A stretch of 58,888 bases of DNA, filler included, from Sphacelaria rigidula (Eukaryota), in assembly GCA_964200075.2 (NCBI GenBank). It is 8 parts of 8 records of this genome, joined end to end, with 100 filler letters (N's around TTAATTAATTAA, not from the genome) between each part and the next. Parts side by side here need not be neighbours in the genome. Positions count along the whole stretch, not along the records: positions 7,375 to 14,648 come from CAXNAA020015672.1; positions 14,749 to 22,022 come from CAXNAA020015673.1; positions 22,123 to 29,396 come from CAXNAA020015674.1; 5 more parts are not named here. The stretch is one strand, 5' to 3'. This document shows, piece by piece, positions 12,546 to 25,100 of the stretch (positions are counted from its first letter, which is position 1; each line of letters begins with the position of its first letter). The translations under genes and the position numbers were made by a program. Under the pieces are notes generated by a model. The model made no database searches. It saw nothing but the letters and a program-made list of their open reading frames with translations, and was not told the DNA's origin.

Positions 12546-14770
12546 GCCTACTCCTGGAATAGATACAAGTATGCTTACAGCTTCGCCGCTGCCTCTCGTG
12601 CAGTCACTGTAGCAGTGGTGGGAAAAATCTCGGCTGCTCCGGTGTAAAACCTGTTGGAGTTGACGGCATTCCATATTGCTGTTGTATGTGGGTAGTACCG
12701 TGGTTCAGGAGGTTCATCAAGGGTAAGAACCACTCCTCGGCGATAAAACGTGCCGGCGTCATCTTCCGCCAGGATTGCGCACAGCGGTGGACTCAAAGGC
12801 AGCATCTACAACGGCTGGAGCAGCAATGGGGCGTATTCTCCACGTCATCACGACTTCTGTTGGGTTTGATATATGCTGCCGCTATCAGCATTAGCGTCAC
12901 CATGCCGCCTTGCTGCGGATCCACTCTCTCGTACGACGCTGCAGTACAGTTTCGGTACTGAAACTTGCGATGCCCGGGGGAGCTCCTGCCGAAATTTGCG
13001 CATCGGAGAATGCGGCGCCTATCCTTCGTACAGAGCACAGCACCCCATCGGCCGTTACACGGCGAGGGTAGGTCACCTGTTGAATCGGCATCAATTTCAC
13101 TCAAAAAGAAAGAAGTATGCATGATTCAAATGGACTACCCTCGCAGTCCAAGGGTTAGCTAGAACGCTTGAGAGATGACGTTTCGAGTATTTGTGTTATG
13201 ACCACAGTACGGACAATCTTGTACCGGGGTACGTAGTATATTCTCCCGTCTCTGGATACCAACCCCCGGAGGACGGTTCTCACATGACAGTAAGGTGTCA
13301 CTCGGGGATCATAAGCTCAACACCATATTATACGGTATGCACGATCTTGGGCCAGGGAAATATTTCCCATGGAGAAAGCGGAGGCTGAAACAAATGTCAC
13401 CGAGGGCGCGACAGGCTCTTGTAATCCATGACCGAAAAATTAGTCGCACTCGTGCGCTGACCGATATAGTGAATATACGGAGTGCTGCGCAGAGTCCTCT
13501 GAACAGTTGGCAACCAGAGGCCAGACAGATCGATCCTATTTCTATTGGTGAAATCACGCGAAAAGCAAACGCTTTAGTAGTGAAACAATGTCCATGCTCT
13601 AGGGATGGGAGGATCATAGTGTACACGATACGTTACTCTTGGGGGGCGATGCTCCCAAGCAAAGAGGAATTGCTCCGCCGGCACTATTGCTCGAGAAGGA
13701 GGTCTTGCGTTAAGGGGCTTACGTTAGAGTACAGTAAAAACTCGAGGAGCAGCGTGGCTTGTTGGGGCACCAACATATCGGAAGTCGATCCGACAACATG
13801 ACCAAGTCGCCCCTGTGCGCGGTGTGGGGCGGTTTCCTCCAGTAGAGGCTGAGCCTTGGCATATGCGACTCGAGAACCACCAATCCCCACGTGAAGGCGA
13901 GGCAATAACCTTGCGGACGACTACGGGTCGCGAGGCAGGGAATTTCTCATCCCCTCACGCCACGGCAGGGGCTCCACACGTGCTCGTGAGTGCTTCACTA
14001 ACTACCGACAAACGAGTCCTGCCGTGCTGCATAGCTTTATACGGCAATTTAGACTACGCGCAGTTGAAGGCGTGGTGATTTCGTATTCTGCAGTGCTCAA
14101 ACATGATTTTTTTTTTCACAACACGCACAGCGTGGATGAACCCAAGCACCTTTCTGTATTCAACATATTGAAGAACGCTTGGGGATCTCGTCCCTCCTCC
14201 TAAACCTGTACAGGAGGTGGTGAAAGCACGATGTTGATTCGCCGCCCCTTCTACCCATCAGTAGGTGCTACTGGCTTACATCCGGGCTGTTCATATGGTA
14301 ACAGCACACGTGATGACCCACGCACGTTCTTTCCACAAAATTGCACGACAGTAGATGACATAGCACAACCCAGTGGTGCTGCGAGGTGAGTATTTTCATG
14401 GTTCAACGATATGATCCAGGGGCAGTCTTGTGTTTTGCAGCCTAGAGCGGTAGGCACTGATAATAAATAACAGCCGTGTGCAACAACCAGTTTGCAAAAT
14501 GGCATGGGACTGGTTCGCGCTGCAATTCAGGTTCTGCACGAAATTGTCTTCAATTTCTTGACCCCTTGTTTCGTTGCACTTTTAAGACGCATTTTTATGG
14601 CAAGCACGAATTTTCATTCTTTCAAAATCGGGGAACGCATTTTATGGANNNNNNNNNNNNNNNNNNNNNNNNNNNNNNNNNNNNNNNNNNNNTTAATTAA
14701 TTAANNNNNNNNNNNNNNNNNNNNNNNNNNNNNNNNNNNNNNNNNNNNTTTCGGTTTTTTTGTGTTCTTC

Positions 14771-15060
14771 AGCGGGGGTCACGCAGGGGAGAGGTCAACC
14801 CCGTTTTTTTTTTTTTTGTAGCACTCCACCTTCCTTCTGCGGTGTTTGCCTCGCTTATTATCACGATAAAAGTTCAGCGGTGCCTTTCTGTCATCTACCG
14901 TGAAGTCGAGCTCTGTGTACCCCCGACATGGTCGCTCTCCACTATGGAGTATGATGTGAGAAGCAATCCCAGACCGTGCGACTTCACCGAGGTTCGAACC
15001 CACATCCAAAACCGTCAGGAGGTTTCGAGGTTACCAACTGACCCACCGGGGCGACCGGCT
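14771..15060 (-). mobile_element. tRNA-derived SINE (family 1)
   Basis: Minus-strand head AGCCGGTCGCCCCGGTGGGTCAGTTGGTAACCTCGAAACC...GGGTTCGAACCTC with A and B boxes. The body is shared with copies at 39268, 39779, 43104 and 43457. Confidence 0.85.
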
Positions 15061-15089
15061 TGCCTACTTGAAATTTGGACAAAATATTG

Positions 15090-15400
15090 AATGTTCATCT
15101 GGGAGATGGACATAAATCTTGTATTTCCATCTACCTGGGATGTAAATATCCTGCTGGGACCTCCATCTGGTGTATTGACATCCATCTCGAATATGGACGT
15201 CCACCTAGAAAATGGATATCTACGTAGGATGCCAATCTGACAGATTCATATGGGGTTTCCATATTCCAGACGGATGTCCATTTCCTAGGTTGATGCATAT
15301 CCCGGGTGTATACCCCAGAGGAATATTCAAATCCCAGATGAATCTGATACCTCAGATGGACATACCAATATGCGTCAATATATCTCAGATGGAGGTTGAT
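15090..15400. repeat. Degenerate GGATAT/CCATCTGGGAT satellite-like repeat
   Basis: Many short variants of ATCCATCTGGGAT in both orientations. Same family as 24170-25100. Confidence 0.65.
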
Positions 15401-18211
15401 GATAATTCAAGACCGTCTGACTCGAGGTGTAATAATTTTCGGGTGTGCGGATAGGCGGAATTCACGAGGGCTTGAGATTGATGCCCATCACGATAGCGGA
15501 GTTGTTGTTGGCGAGACGAGTGATGCGTGCACCTCGAGGAGCATTTGAAAGGCAACTCTTCCGTGTAGTTGTAGCGTGTAATCCTACTCTCCGATCATGT
15601 TTTATCGACAGTGTATCGCAGTGTCCACACATACATCGAAGAGTATTTAGAGAAGTTCAGATATAGCATCGCACGCGGATATTAATATCCAACGCTATCA
15701 CGTATTTTCTTCTCCCAGTAAACAACCTTGGGCGCGAAGCCTTACGTTTACCGAGTTAAACTTCTTTTTTCTGCAAATATTACTAGAGAAGGTTTGACTA
15801 GTTCTTCGATGTTAAGATCCAGTGTCAAGTAGTCGCGCGTACATTGACGATCCGAATTAAGATGTCGGCGAGAATGGCTACACTCACGTCATTGGCGCGT
15901 CGGCACAATACGTCATTCCGATTTGCCGCGGCACTCCCACATTGCGCGACCCGGTCGACTTCCGTCGTGCGATCAACTCTTCGCGGGTGCCCATCCGTGT
16001 TATGTCTGACTTCGCAAACCCGGTATGCCCATCTTCGTAAATACGGCGAAGCCCGAGGGCATGAAACGTGTGCATCAAACTGTCTTTCAAAATTTCAACA
16101 CGCGACCAGTTTGAAGTAATTCTTCGTGGAATGACAAGCATGATCGGCAACTATGCGGTGCCCGCCTTTTTGTGGGTAATGTCAGACAAACTACTGTACC
16201 CGCATGCGCTCTGTCCGCCCGTGCACGATCAACCCGTTGTCAGGAGGGCCGAGATGCACAGGCGACCGCCAGTCGGCATGCTCAAGCCTGAAAAGAGTTG
16301 AAGTTGACACCTTTTTCTCCTTGCCAAGTCGTACCTCCACCGTGAAACGCATCGGTATTGGAGTGTGGGGCGTCCTGAGACGGAGGAGCCAGCGATGCGC
16401 ACTTCGACCATGCAGTCGCTAGAGCGTAAATTTCCACCTGCACGCCACCGTTCACGACAAAAACAAGTGACATAGCTGCCGCGCGGGAATTTGTCGACAC
16501 CATGCGGTTACAGGGAACGCCTGACGGCAGTACGTTTACAGCATTGAAAAACGATGGCTACTGTACGGGTATTTTATTTCTCATGCTGGCCACCCAAACG
16601 GTAAGGTCGTACACTCAGCGCTCGTGGATCACGCTACACTAACGTTTCTCGCGCCCAAAGCAAGATAGCCACATGGCGCAAGGATGAGAAGTGAAGGTAT
16701 GCCGTTTGTCCATCTCCCGTTTTCCTACTTCGTCTTGGGCCCACAATATCCGGTAGAACTCCGAATCACGACACGTTGCATTCCTGACCGATCAACAATA
16801 AATACTTTGTCCTCAGAGAACAGCAAACGAGTCAAGTTGATGTCACAATCGACCAGCCAAGTTATAGCGACAGCCTCTTGGCAGCGGGGCACTTTCCACA
16901 TTGAACGTTTTGCTTGACCTACCACTGTATGGCTATATAGATATATTTTAGATTACGCCTGACCCCAAATCCCGCCATATCCCTTATTTCCAGCCCTGAC
17001 AGCTCCCCATTCCCTCCCTTTGCCTTCAAACAAAATCCCCGACCTCCTTCCTAGAAAATAATTCCTGTGGTCGAAGACAAGCCCACGTGAACCCAGAACC
17101 GTTTGTCATCATCCAGTAGAGTTGAGGCGAACCGGCGGACAAATTCCATGATTTAATTAACACTCGGCAGTAGTGTAGACGATCACATTAGGATATTTCG
17201 GGGACTGGCAGTCCCAGGTGGCCGCCAGCGTGGGCGAGGACGCGTTTTGGCTCAAACCGGCGACGTCGGTGCCGTAGGCGCCACTTTGATATTTTCCAAC
17301 ATACACTTTGCCTAGCACACCGCATGCATCCGCCTGGCCTGAGGGTTCTCGGTATGCCTTGGGTTGGCGATGGGGTTGGGGTTGTGGTTAGCGTTCGGGT
17401 TATGAATTGACAACAAACAAAATGTGCTCAAGCATGGAATTTGTCGACTAATTTGCGGAAACGTATCTTGTCCTCCGATATAATTTTCATTTTCAAGTTG
17501 CTGAGAGCGGAACTAATGTTCACCGGTGGCCACGGGATGAATTTCTACTGAAACCACATTCATTTCTCTCCGGGATAACTTTTAATTTTTTGTTGTTTGA
17601 TCACTATTGTTTCTACTGTTATTCCCGCACATCAGTCCGGTTTCTCGAACCCGCGATCACAGACGTATGAGCTCACCTTTCCAGTACCATCACTATTATT
17701 TCGTACATGAGATAGAAACGCTTATTGAGCGGCCTCTTTTGAGACTCAAAGAAAAAAAAAAAAACAATAATGAGAGAGACGTCAAAAACAGAACAGGAAA
17801 AACTGCCCCTGAGTTCGGCGGGATGCTGTAAAACAATCAAATCAGATCTGCCAATAAGTCATACGCTTGAGAGGCGTAGTTGTAAGTAGAATAACGAGAA
17901 GCACACGTCAGGAGAATGTGCGAATATCCAGTGGGAGTCAAACAACACCCCCAGGTACCCACTGAGAAAAACAACAAGGGTTTCAGGGAGACGGCCGACC
18001 CACTAGCGAGTACACTACATGGTAGGCTACTTGCTATACCTTTCGGCGACCTTCAATACGCACAGATAGGGGCGAATCACAGCTGAGAATAGCCTTGCTT
18101 GCGTGAGCCCCCTAGCGGAATACCGTGGTAGTTGCCGCATACGTACAAGTCATTTTCCTTGAACACCACCTTGACGACAACGTCTTTCCATTCCTGTGCA
18201 CTCCAACCTGA

Positions 18212-18870
18212 GAGAGTCTCCTCGAAACATAACGTTCAATATCGCAGTGAGGTTGAACCTGCTTTTGGAATTTCGCCACTTTCGTGTAAATAATTTGAAC
18301 AGCGAAAGCACTTTCGGTTTATTTCTTTGTGTTGAAACAGTGGATAGAATCAGAAATAGAACTAATTTAAGCGTCCCAAACCGGGTGCAGAAAGCTGAGA
18401 GAACGCTCTTTCGTCGACTTCCCAAGGGCGTGAAGAAATACGATGCTACAGGTTTTCAAGCCCCTAGAAAAAAATGTGAAGAACAGACACTTTTCCATGG
18501 ATCAAGCCCCCCTTCATCGCCCTTACTAAACGTTTCCAGCTGCAAAATTTCGATTCAGAAACACGAAGAGTGTACGTTCGTTCTCTGGAACACCATTCCC
18601 TATACGTGATTTCAGGAGATGTTATGAAAACCGTAGCACCGTATATCTCTTCACACCCCTGGGAAGCTGACGAAAGCGCCTCCTGGTAGCTTTTCGCAGC
18701 CATTTTCAGACTTGAAACAAATGCTCTTTTTTCTCCGTCAATTGTCCGAACATAAATATACTCGCAGAGAGTACTTTGGTTGTTCAAGATATTCACACAA
18801 AAATGGCGAAATTCTCGAACCAGGTTCAACCTCACCGCGATGATGAACCTCGTTTTCGAGGAGAATCTCC
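18212..18870. mobile_element. Long-TIR foldback (MULE-like) non-autonomous element nested in the LINE
   Basis: Imperfect inverted repeats of about 260 bp (GAGAGTCTCCTCGAAA... and ...TTTCGAGGAGAATCTCC). The LINE coding sequence resumes on both sides. Confidence 0.75.
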
Positions 18871-19596
18871 TGGCGTCACACTGTAAGCACCATTTTGTGA
18901 AAACATTTGCAATATGACAATCTTCGGTGAGGCCAAGTTTCACCAGTTCGCCACACAGATTGTCAGCCCCAACGAGCTTGCCGTTCTCCAGCTTGCCTAC
19001 CGCTTCCTTCACTTCCTCCATCGAGGGTTCGGCCGCGAGTAGCGTGTGCTCCGGTATGTGTTCGATCTTGTTGATACACGGGCCGAGCGTTGGCGACGTT
19101 GCGTTCAAAAGCGTATCATACCACACTTTCCATCCCTGCAGGACAGCCTGCTCGTCCCGCAACAGCTCGCCAGACGCGCTCCTGACGCAGGTTAGGCCGT
19201 ACTCCCTTTCCCCTTCCAGTTCCAGGGACTCCATTCATTGGTTGGTACAGCCCTGCCTGGTCCTTCTCGCGGATCAACTCTGCTGGCCTGTCGATGAACT
19301 CGTGTGCGTAGTAATGCACTTCAGCCTTCTTCGCCTTTTGAACGCCTTGACTTGTCACTTTCAGCGCCTTTCTTTGGCCAGGGTCGTGGTGGCTGGTGCG
19401 CACAATCTCCCAAACACGCTCCCTGGCGTTCCACGCCTGTCAGAGGAGTGCTGGAGCCCGTGTTGACTCACTGAAAGCTCTAGATGAGGGATTCTTCGGG
19501 CAGCGAGGGAGTTCATCCGCGGCCGTCTGACGCAGGATGTTTCCGTAGGCAGGGTTGCGGTAGAGTTGGTGGCATTCAGGAGCTTGGCGACAATGA

Positions 19597-19752
19597 AACA
19601 GCCGATCATCGAAATTAGGGATTGAGCTTTTCATTGAGGATGAAAACCCGGATGATGAAAATCTTCGTATTTGATGTGAAAACGAAGATTTTTTCCTCCG
19701 GGTTGTCATCCTCAATGAAAAGCTCCATCCTTAATTTCGATGATCGGCTGTT
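19597..19752. mobile_element. 156-bp palindromic MITE with ATGA target-site duplication, nested in the LINE
   Basis: AACAGCCGATCATCGAAATTA... and ...TAATTTCGATGATCGGCTGTT form a near-perfect hairpin, with ATGA on both sides. A second right end of the family is at 36870-36932. Confidence 0.85.
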
Positions 19753-20589
19753 ATGACCTGCGATACAATCGATTCCCAACACCGGTCGGGTGTGAGGAGT
19801 TTCCGGTCGGAGCGCACTCCGCTGCCTCCACCTCTCCTGCCTTTGGCCGGCGATTGGGTACGCTCCGTCGAAGGAGGCGGATGGAAGCTGAAACCAGTCG
19901 ATGGTCCGATTTCATCGTGGGGTGCGTACAGTGGCGTTTCGAACGAGTCTTTGGTCTTGGTGACGTACCAGGATGTAGTCCAGGTGCCAGCGATTTCCGT
20001 CCTTCGGCCCCTCATATGTGTACGCGGCTGAGCTTTCCCAGCTAGTTGGCGTGCCAAAAGGCGTGTTGGTAATCGTCATTTTACGTTCACAGCGGATGTC
20101 AGCGATCAGTACGTGCCATTATCATTGAGGGTGTCTTCGCCGTTTCTCCTGAAACGTGATCGTCTCCCAGGCCTCCCCTTTCGCCGCTGTTTCCGGTTCG
20201 AGCGTTCGTATCCATCGTGAGTGTCAGGTACTCGTTGGTGGGTATACTTTAGCGATTGAAGTACTGAGTATCTTCCGTAGCTTGGTCTTACCGGAGGTCG
20301 CTGCTTTTTCGGTAGGAGCGTGCACCACACTAAAGGTCCAACTCCATGTCTGAACACTATGGTTGTTCAATTATGAGAACGGAAATGCGATAGTTTCCAT
20401 CGGTAATCTTTGGGAAACGAATTTGTCCACTCTCCTCCTTTATTTCTCCTCGGAACTGCTCCCTGTGTACTCACGTCCACAGGCAAGTTCACGCGTTCGG
20501 CACCAAATTTTAAATGCACTAATTCGCAGATGTTCACGTCGAGAGCAATGCCACCGTACGGGTGCACTTTCTTTCTAAGGCTCTTTGTT

Positions 20590-20680
20590 GTATAGGACCC
20601 TCTCGATGACAAATATCTGGGCCTTAGTTTGCAGCCTCAGAAACCTTTTGGCCTCAAAAGTGCACCCCTACCGTGGCATC
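20590..20680 (+). repeat. Interspersed repeat shared with fragment 4
   Basis: GATGACAAA(T/C)ATCTG.GCCTTAGT.TGCA.CCTCA...AAAAGTG.ACCCCTACCGT also occurs at about 25965-26050. Confidence 0.7.
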
Positions 20681-21389
20681 TCGCTCGATTTCTGGAGTTA
20701 CACGCATATACTCCGGGGCATCACGAAGTTTTCAAGCAGCGCTGTTTAATGAATATTTTGGCCGGTTTTCGGGGGTCTCAGGGTCCTCAGTTAGCAGACA
20801 CCCGCCTGGGATCCCCGATATTCGGGGGGGGAAATAAATGGAAAACCGCAACGTGAAAGTTTCCTAATGCCCACAGCATATGTGTGAAATATTCTAGAGC
20901 CTAACTCGAAGAATCGGCGTGAACGTCGGCGCTTTTCTGCGATGAAGTGAGCTCGAAAGGTATAAACCTGCGAGTACTTCGTTTTAGTGAAGAAACGAAC
21001 CTTTGTACACGTAAATGTTGCTACCGCGGGGCGCGTACACTTCATGTTTTTACTTGAGGCGTATCCTCCGCCTGCTTTCGGCATGGATCTTCACGCCGGG
21101 ACCCCCCGGAAGCCGGGAGGAAGAGCGGAGAAACTTCGAAACAGAATAAACAATGCTGGTACATTTTTTCTCGTTTGAAACAACAATACCTGCCGAGTTG
21201 CCGAGTGTGACGACGATCGGATATTTTCGACGGCAGGCATGAGGGAAACCGTCAGGAGGCTTGCTCGGTCTCTGGTGCATGTCATCATCAGTGGAAATCC
21301 GACGACACCGAGACCCTACGTCACCGACCGGGATACCACGGTTTAGGGTGTAAGAGCTGCCCTTGAAAACGAGCTTTGATCATTGGAAT

Positions 21390-21728
21390 AAGGTTCAACC
21401 CCAGAACAGTGCTTTCCGTGACTCAAAGGCATGTCAAATGGTTTTCATGTGTATGACCTCATGCTTTCCGACTTCCCTGAAACTATTTTTGACGGGAATT
21501 TCCTAAAGAAAGGGTATGCTAGAAATCATCATTTTTAGGCCAAAAAACGTCCCTTTTTTCACGCCGAAACCGAGGCAAAACGGGTGCTTTCGTACATACC
21601 TTTCGGGGGAACGCAAGACGGGAAACTCCTGAAAATAGTTTCAGGGAGGTCGGGGGGAATGGACTTGTCCATAGGGAAGCCATTTGTCATGACAGGTGAA
21701 GCACTGTTTTGGAGTTGAACCTCATTTT
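21390..21728. mobile_element. Foldback/MITE element, AGGTTCAACCCC..AACAGTGCTT family
   Basis: Inverted arms GGTTCAACCCCAGAACAGTGCTT / AAGCACTGTTTTGGAGTTGAACC and CCGACTTCCCTGAAACTATTTT / AAAATAGTTTCAGGGAGGTCGG. Related ends at about 21765-21795, 27150-27490 and 44110-44142. Confidence 0.65.
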
Positions 21729-22586
21729 AACAGATAATTCCATCAAATGAGGTTGTACACTCAAATGAGGTTCAAGCCCAAAACATTGCTTTCCTCACAC
21801 TTTCAGCGATGGTGCCCAATGACGTTTTTGTCGGCGAAATACCCCTCGATCGTTTAGATACTTTTCAAGTGCTTTTCACCGACTCTATGAGCTTACCGCA
21901 CTGATCCGAGACCGCCATTTCCCCTGATTTTTTATTGGCGCGCGGGGGGGGGGGGGGGGGGCCCTCATAATCATGATTGCCCAATTCAAAAACACGTTTG
22001 ACTCGCACTCCTCAAAACGTGGNNNNNNNNNNNNNNNNNNNNNNNNNNNNNNNNNNNNNNNNNNNNTTAATTAATTAANNNNNNNNNNNNNNNNNNNNNN
22101 NNNNNNNNNNNNNNNNNNNNNNTAGGCTTGAGCCTCATCTCGAAGTTAAACCTCAATTCTCACAATTTGTTGTTATTTGTTGTTGGCATCGACGTGTTTC
22201 TTGTACTTCTAGTAACTATCGAGCAAAAACCTCCATAAACAAAAGCATGATCGAGTGATTTTTTCAATCATTTAGTTTCTGTTGGTAGATACTGGACCGC
22301 GGGGTTTTCATAAGCTATGTGGATTGATGCGAGGTATATACTGTCAACTCAGCACCTATACCACGCCTGCAGCGGAAGCGTCGCTTCGAAGCACAGGCGT
22401 GTGGGCATACACTCGTAAGCAGTGTGTGGGATCTCTACTCGGCAAAAGCCATTGAGAATTATATCCTTCAGCCCAATTGGTACGTGAACTGGGGGGCAAG
22501 AGGATGAATTGCTGTCAAAAAAAAATTCTGCGTGTCGGATCCCATACGCTGATAAGGGTGCAGTATGCGGGATATGCCCAGCTGAC

Positions 22587-22880
22587 GCTGTTCGCAATAA
22601 ATATGTTTTTGCCCAATTTCCAGATGAATTGAAGGGCAAAGAGAAGGTTCATTTCGAGCTTCTTCTGCTGTTTAAATTCCAAGTCTGCTAGTGTGCATGA
22701 GATTTGTGAAAAAGAAGCTGTTCGAAATAAATCCTTGTTTTGCCCAAGTAAATTGGGCGAGAAAATGATCTGTTTCGAACAGCTTTTCCAGCTGTCCGAG
22801 ATAAATCCTATTCTTGCCCGATTTGAATCGGGCAAAAATAGGATTTATCTCGGGCAGCAGGAAAAGCTGTTCAAAATGAA
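22587..22880. repeat. Array of three adjacent related hairpins
   Basis: A 35-40 nt unit (GCTGT.CGA.ATAAAT....TT.TTGCCC) alternates in orientation, giving stem-loops at about 22587-22659, 22715-22785 and 22784-22865. Confidence 0.75.
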
Positions 22881-23143
22881 TAAATTTACAAATTTTGTAC
22901 GAAAACAGGTTGGAATTAGAAAAAAAATGGAATTTTCAAAATTGGGAGGGCCTCTCGACCGGGTTGCTTGCAGGGTTTCGAAAAAAACGCTATGCAAAAT
23001 GCTGGTATGCTGGTAGAGGTACTAGGGTTTGCAAATGCAATGCAGGGTTTCTCACAAAATACTGTGAAGAATCCTGTGCAGCACGTCCTACAGGGTGCTA
23101 TCTGTCCACGTGTGCTTGCGGTGCGCTTGTTTTTTTATATATA

Positions 23144-23830
23144 CGGTCTCAAAACACGGGACCTTACAAATTGTGGATGGATCTTTTATTGGGGTTGAAA
23201 AAGCCGAAGAATTAAAATGTTCGTATCCACACCAAATCTTCGAAATATGGTTCCATTTCTTTACCTACTGGTAGCTATTGACAACTACTACACGCCATAG
23301 AAATGTGGATTTCGATCTCCGAACGTTTGGGGCCCTAGGTGAAAAACAAATTTCGGAACCATTTTTGCGTCCGTTCGGAAACTCGAAATTTCCTAAAATT
23401 GGTTTTTCACTTAGGACCCCAAACGTTTGGTGATCGAAATCCATATTTCTATGGCGTGTAGCAGTTGTCAATAGCTACCAGTAGGTAAAGAAATGGAACC
23501 ATATTTCGAGAATTTGGTGCGGATAGAAATGTGGATTTCGATCTCCGAACGTTTGGGGCCCTAGGTGAAAAACCAATTCCGGAACCATTTTTGCGTCCGT
23601 TCGGACACTCGAAATTCCCTAAAATTGGTTTTTCACTTAGGACCCCAAACGTTTGGTGATCGAAATCCACATTTCTATGGCGTGTAGCAATTGTCAATAG
23701 CTATCAGTAGGCGAAGAAATGAAACCATAGTTCGAACATTTAGTGTGGATACGAACAATTTAATTCTCCTGGTTTCTCATCCCCAATACAAGATCCATCC
23801 CCAGTTTGTAAGATCCCGTGTTTCAAGCGG
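23144..23830. mobile_element. TA-flanked long-TIR foldback element with an internal tandem duplication
   Basis: TA|CGGTCTCAAAACACGGGA ... ATCCCGTGTTTCAAGCGG|TA, with inverted arms of about 200 bp. The segment 23298-23525 is repeated at about 23525-23751. Confidence 0.8.
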
Positions 23831-24169
23831 TATGAATGAGCGATATTTATCGATAACGAGCGCGTTCGAACAACTGCTGCTGCTTTTAATGGTGATTTGA
23901 AGTGGAATTTCGTGGAAGAGATTGCCCAACCTACTTTCCCCCCTTATCGAATCATGACTCTCCTGTACTGAAAGCTTGTTTTTTGCATCGTATATGAAAT
24001 GAATTGTGGGCGTAAGTGAAGTTAACGTAGCAAAGTGCTGATTCCCAAATGCTTTGTATGGCTTGCCACGCATGTATTTTTTCTTCCCGCGTGCATAACA
24101 TATAGGTTACAACAACAAAGAGACCAAACAGCTGTTGGCATGCACTTGTGGGAGGCTTGCACTATCGTG

Positions 24170-25100
24170 TAATATTCATCTGGGATGTACATCTGGGATA
24201 TACATCTGGGACATACATCTGGGATATCAAATCCGTAATGTATACTCCTCATAGGTATAAAAATCCGTCTGAGATACTATGATGTATCTGACATCCATTA
24301 TCGGTAGTGATATATTCATCTGGGATATCAGAGCTACGATGAATACTCCTCAAAGGCATGGATATCCATTTCGGATATCCATAGTGGATCCGACATTCTT
24401 CACGGAGATTTTCACGGAGATGGATATCCACATCTACCTGGAATACCCTTGACGGATGTGTCGCTGTTATCATGGATGCAAATCATGGATATCTATCATG
24501 GATATCGATCCAGGATATCTATCTGGGATATCCATCTAGGATCGGGACATCAACCATGGATATATATATATATTGCATGTGGAATTTCATCTGGGATATC
24601 CAACTGGGATATCCATCTGGGATATCCGTGATGGTTATCATACCTATCTGTGATGGATATCCCTAACCTTAAACGTACTCTTAACCCAACTGATGTCGCG
24701 ATACCCCCCCAGAAAATGACTGGTTTGAGGACGCAAGATGCACATGTAATCCGAAATAACAACAGCTGAGCACACTGAGCTCTTGGGAACGCCTATGCTT
24801 GTGATCTTTTCTGCCAAAGTTGCCCATATCAGGCGCTTTACTGTATGCAGTCTGAAACCAGCCATGATACGCTGTATGGCGCCAGTTTCTTCGTGACTGC
24901 TTTCGGGCTGGTTTGGGAGGGGGCATCGCGGCATCACTCACCCTAACCCTAACCCGGACCCAATAGATGGATATCCCAGGCAGATATCTAGAATGGACTT
25001 AGTTATCTCAATTATCCACCATGGATGTGGATATTCCACGTAGGTATCTCACATGGCCGCCCATGGTGGAGATCCGTGATACCCATCATCATGGATTATT
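24170..25100. repeat. GGATATCCATCTGGGAT satellite blocks with adjacent telomere-like CCCTAA units
   Basis: Dense degenerate units at 24170-24660 and 24960-25100. CCCTAACC at 24661 and CCCTAACCCTAACCC at about 24941. Confidence 0.75.

Larger units (their letters stand above)
17590..20230 (-). mobile_element. Internally deleted, degenerate RTE-like LINE (APE endonuclease, linker, start of RT, 3' UTR)
   Basis: The minus strand gives DTLNDNG and TYEGPKDGNRWHLDYILVR (APE), GELLRDEQAVLQGWKVWYDTLLN...EPSMEEVKEAVGKLENGKLVGADNLCGELVK (linker) and QEWKDVVVKVVFKENDLYVCGNYHGI (RT N-terminus). The 3' UTR at 17590-18030 is homologous to 42260-42750. Confidence 0.88.

Noticed and set aside
12575-14080. Protein-like pieces such as LTLDEPPEPRYYPHTTAIWNAVN and RLHVGIGGSRVAYAKAQPLLEE as viral or novel genes
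   Set aside because: They are short, interrupted, have no recognisable motif or consistent splice chain, and are most likely decayed mobile DNA.
24661-24956. True telomere or chromosome end
   Set aside because: Only two or three CCCTAA units, internal to the fragment and embedded in satellite sequence.
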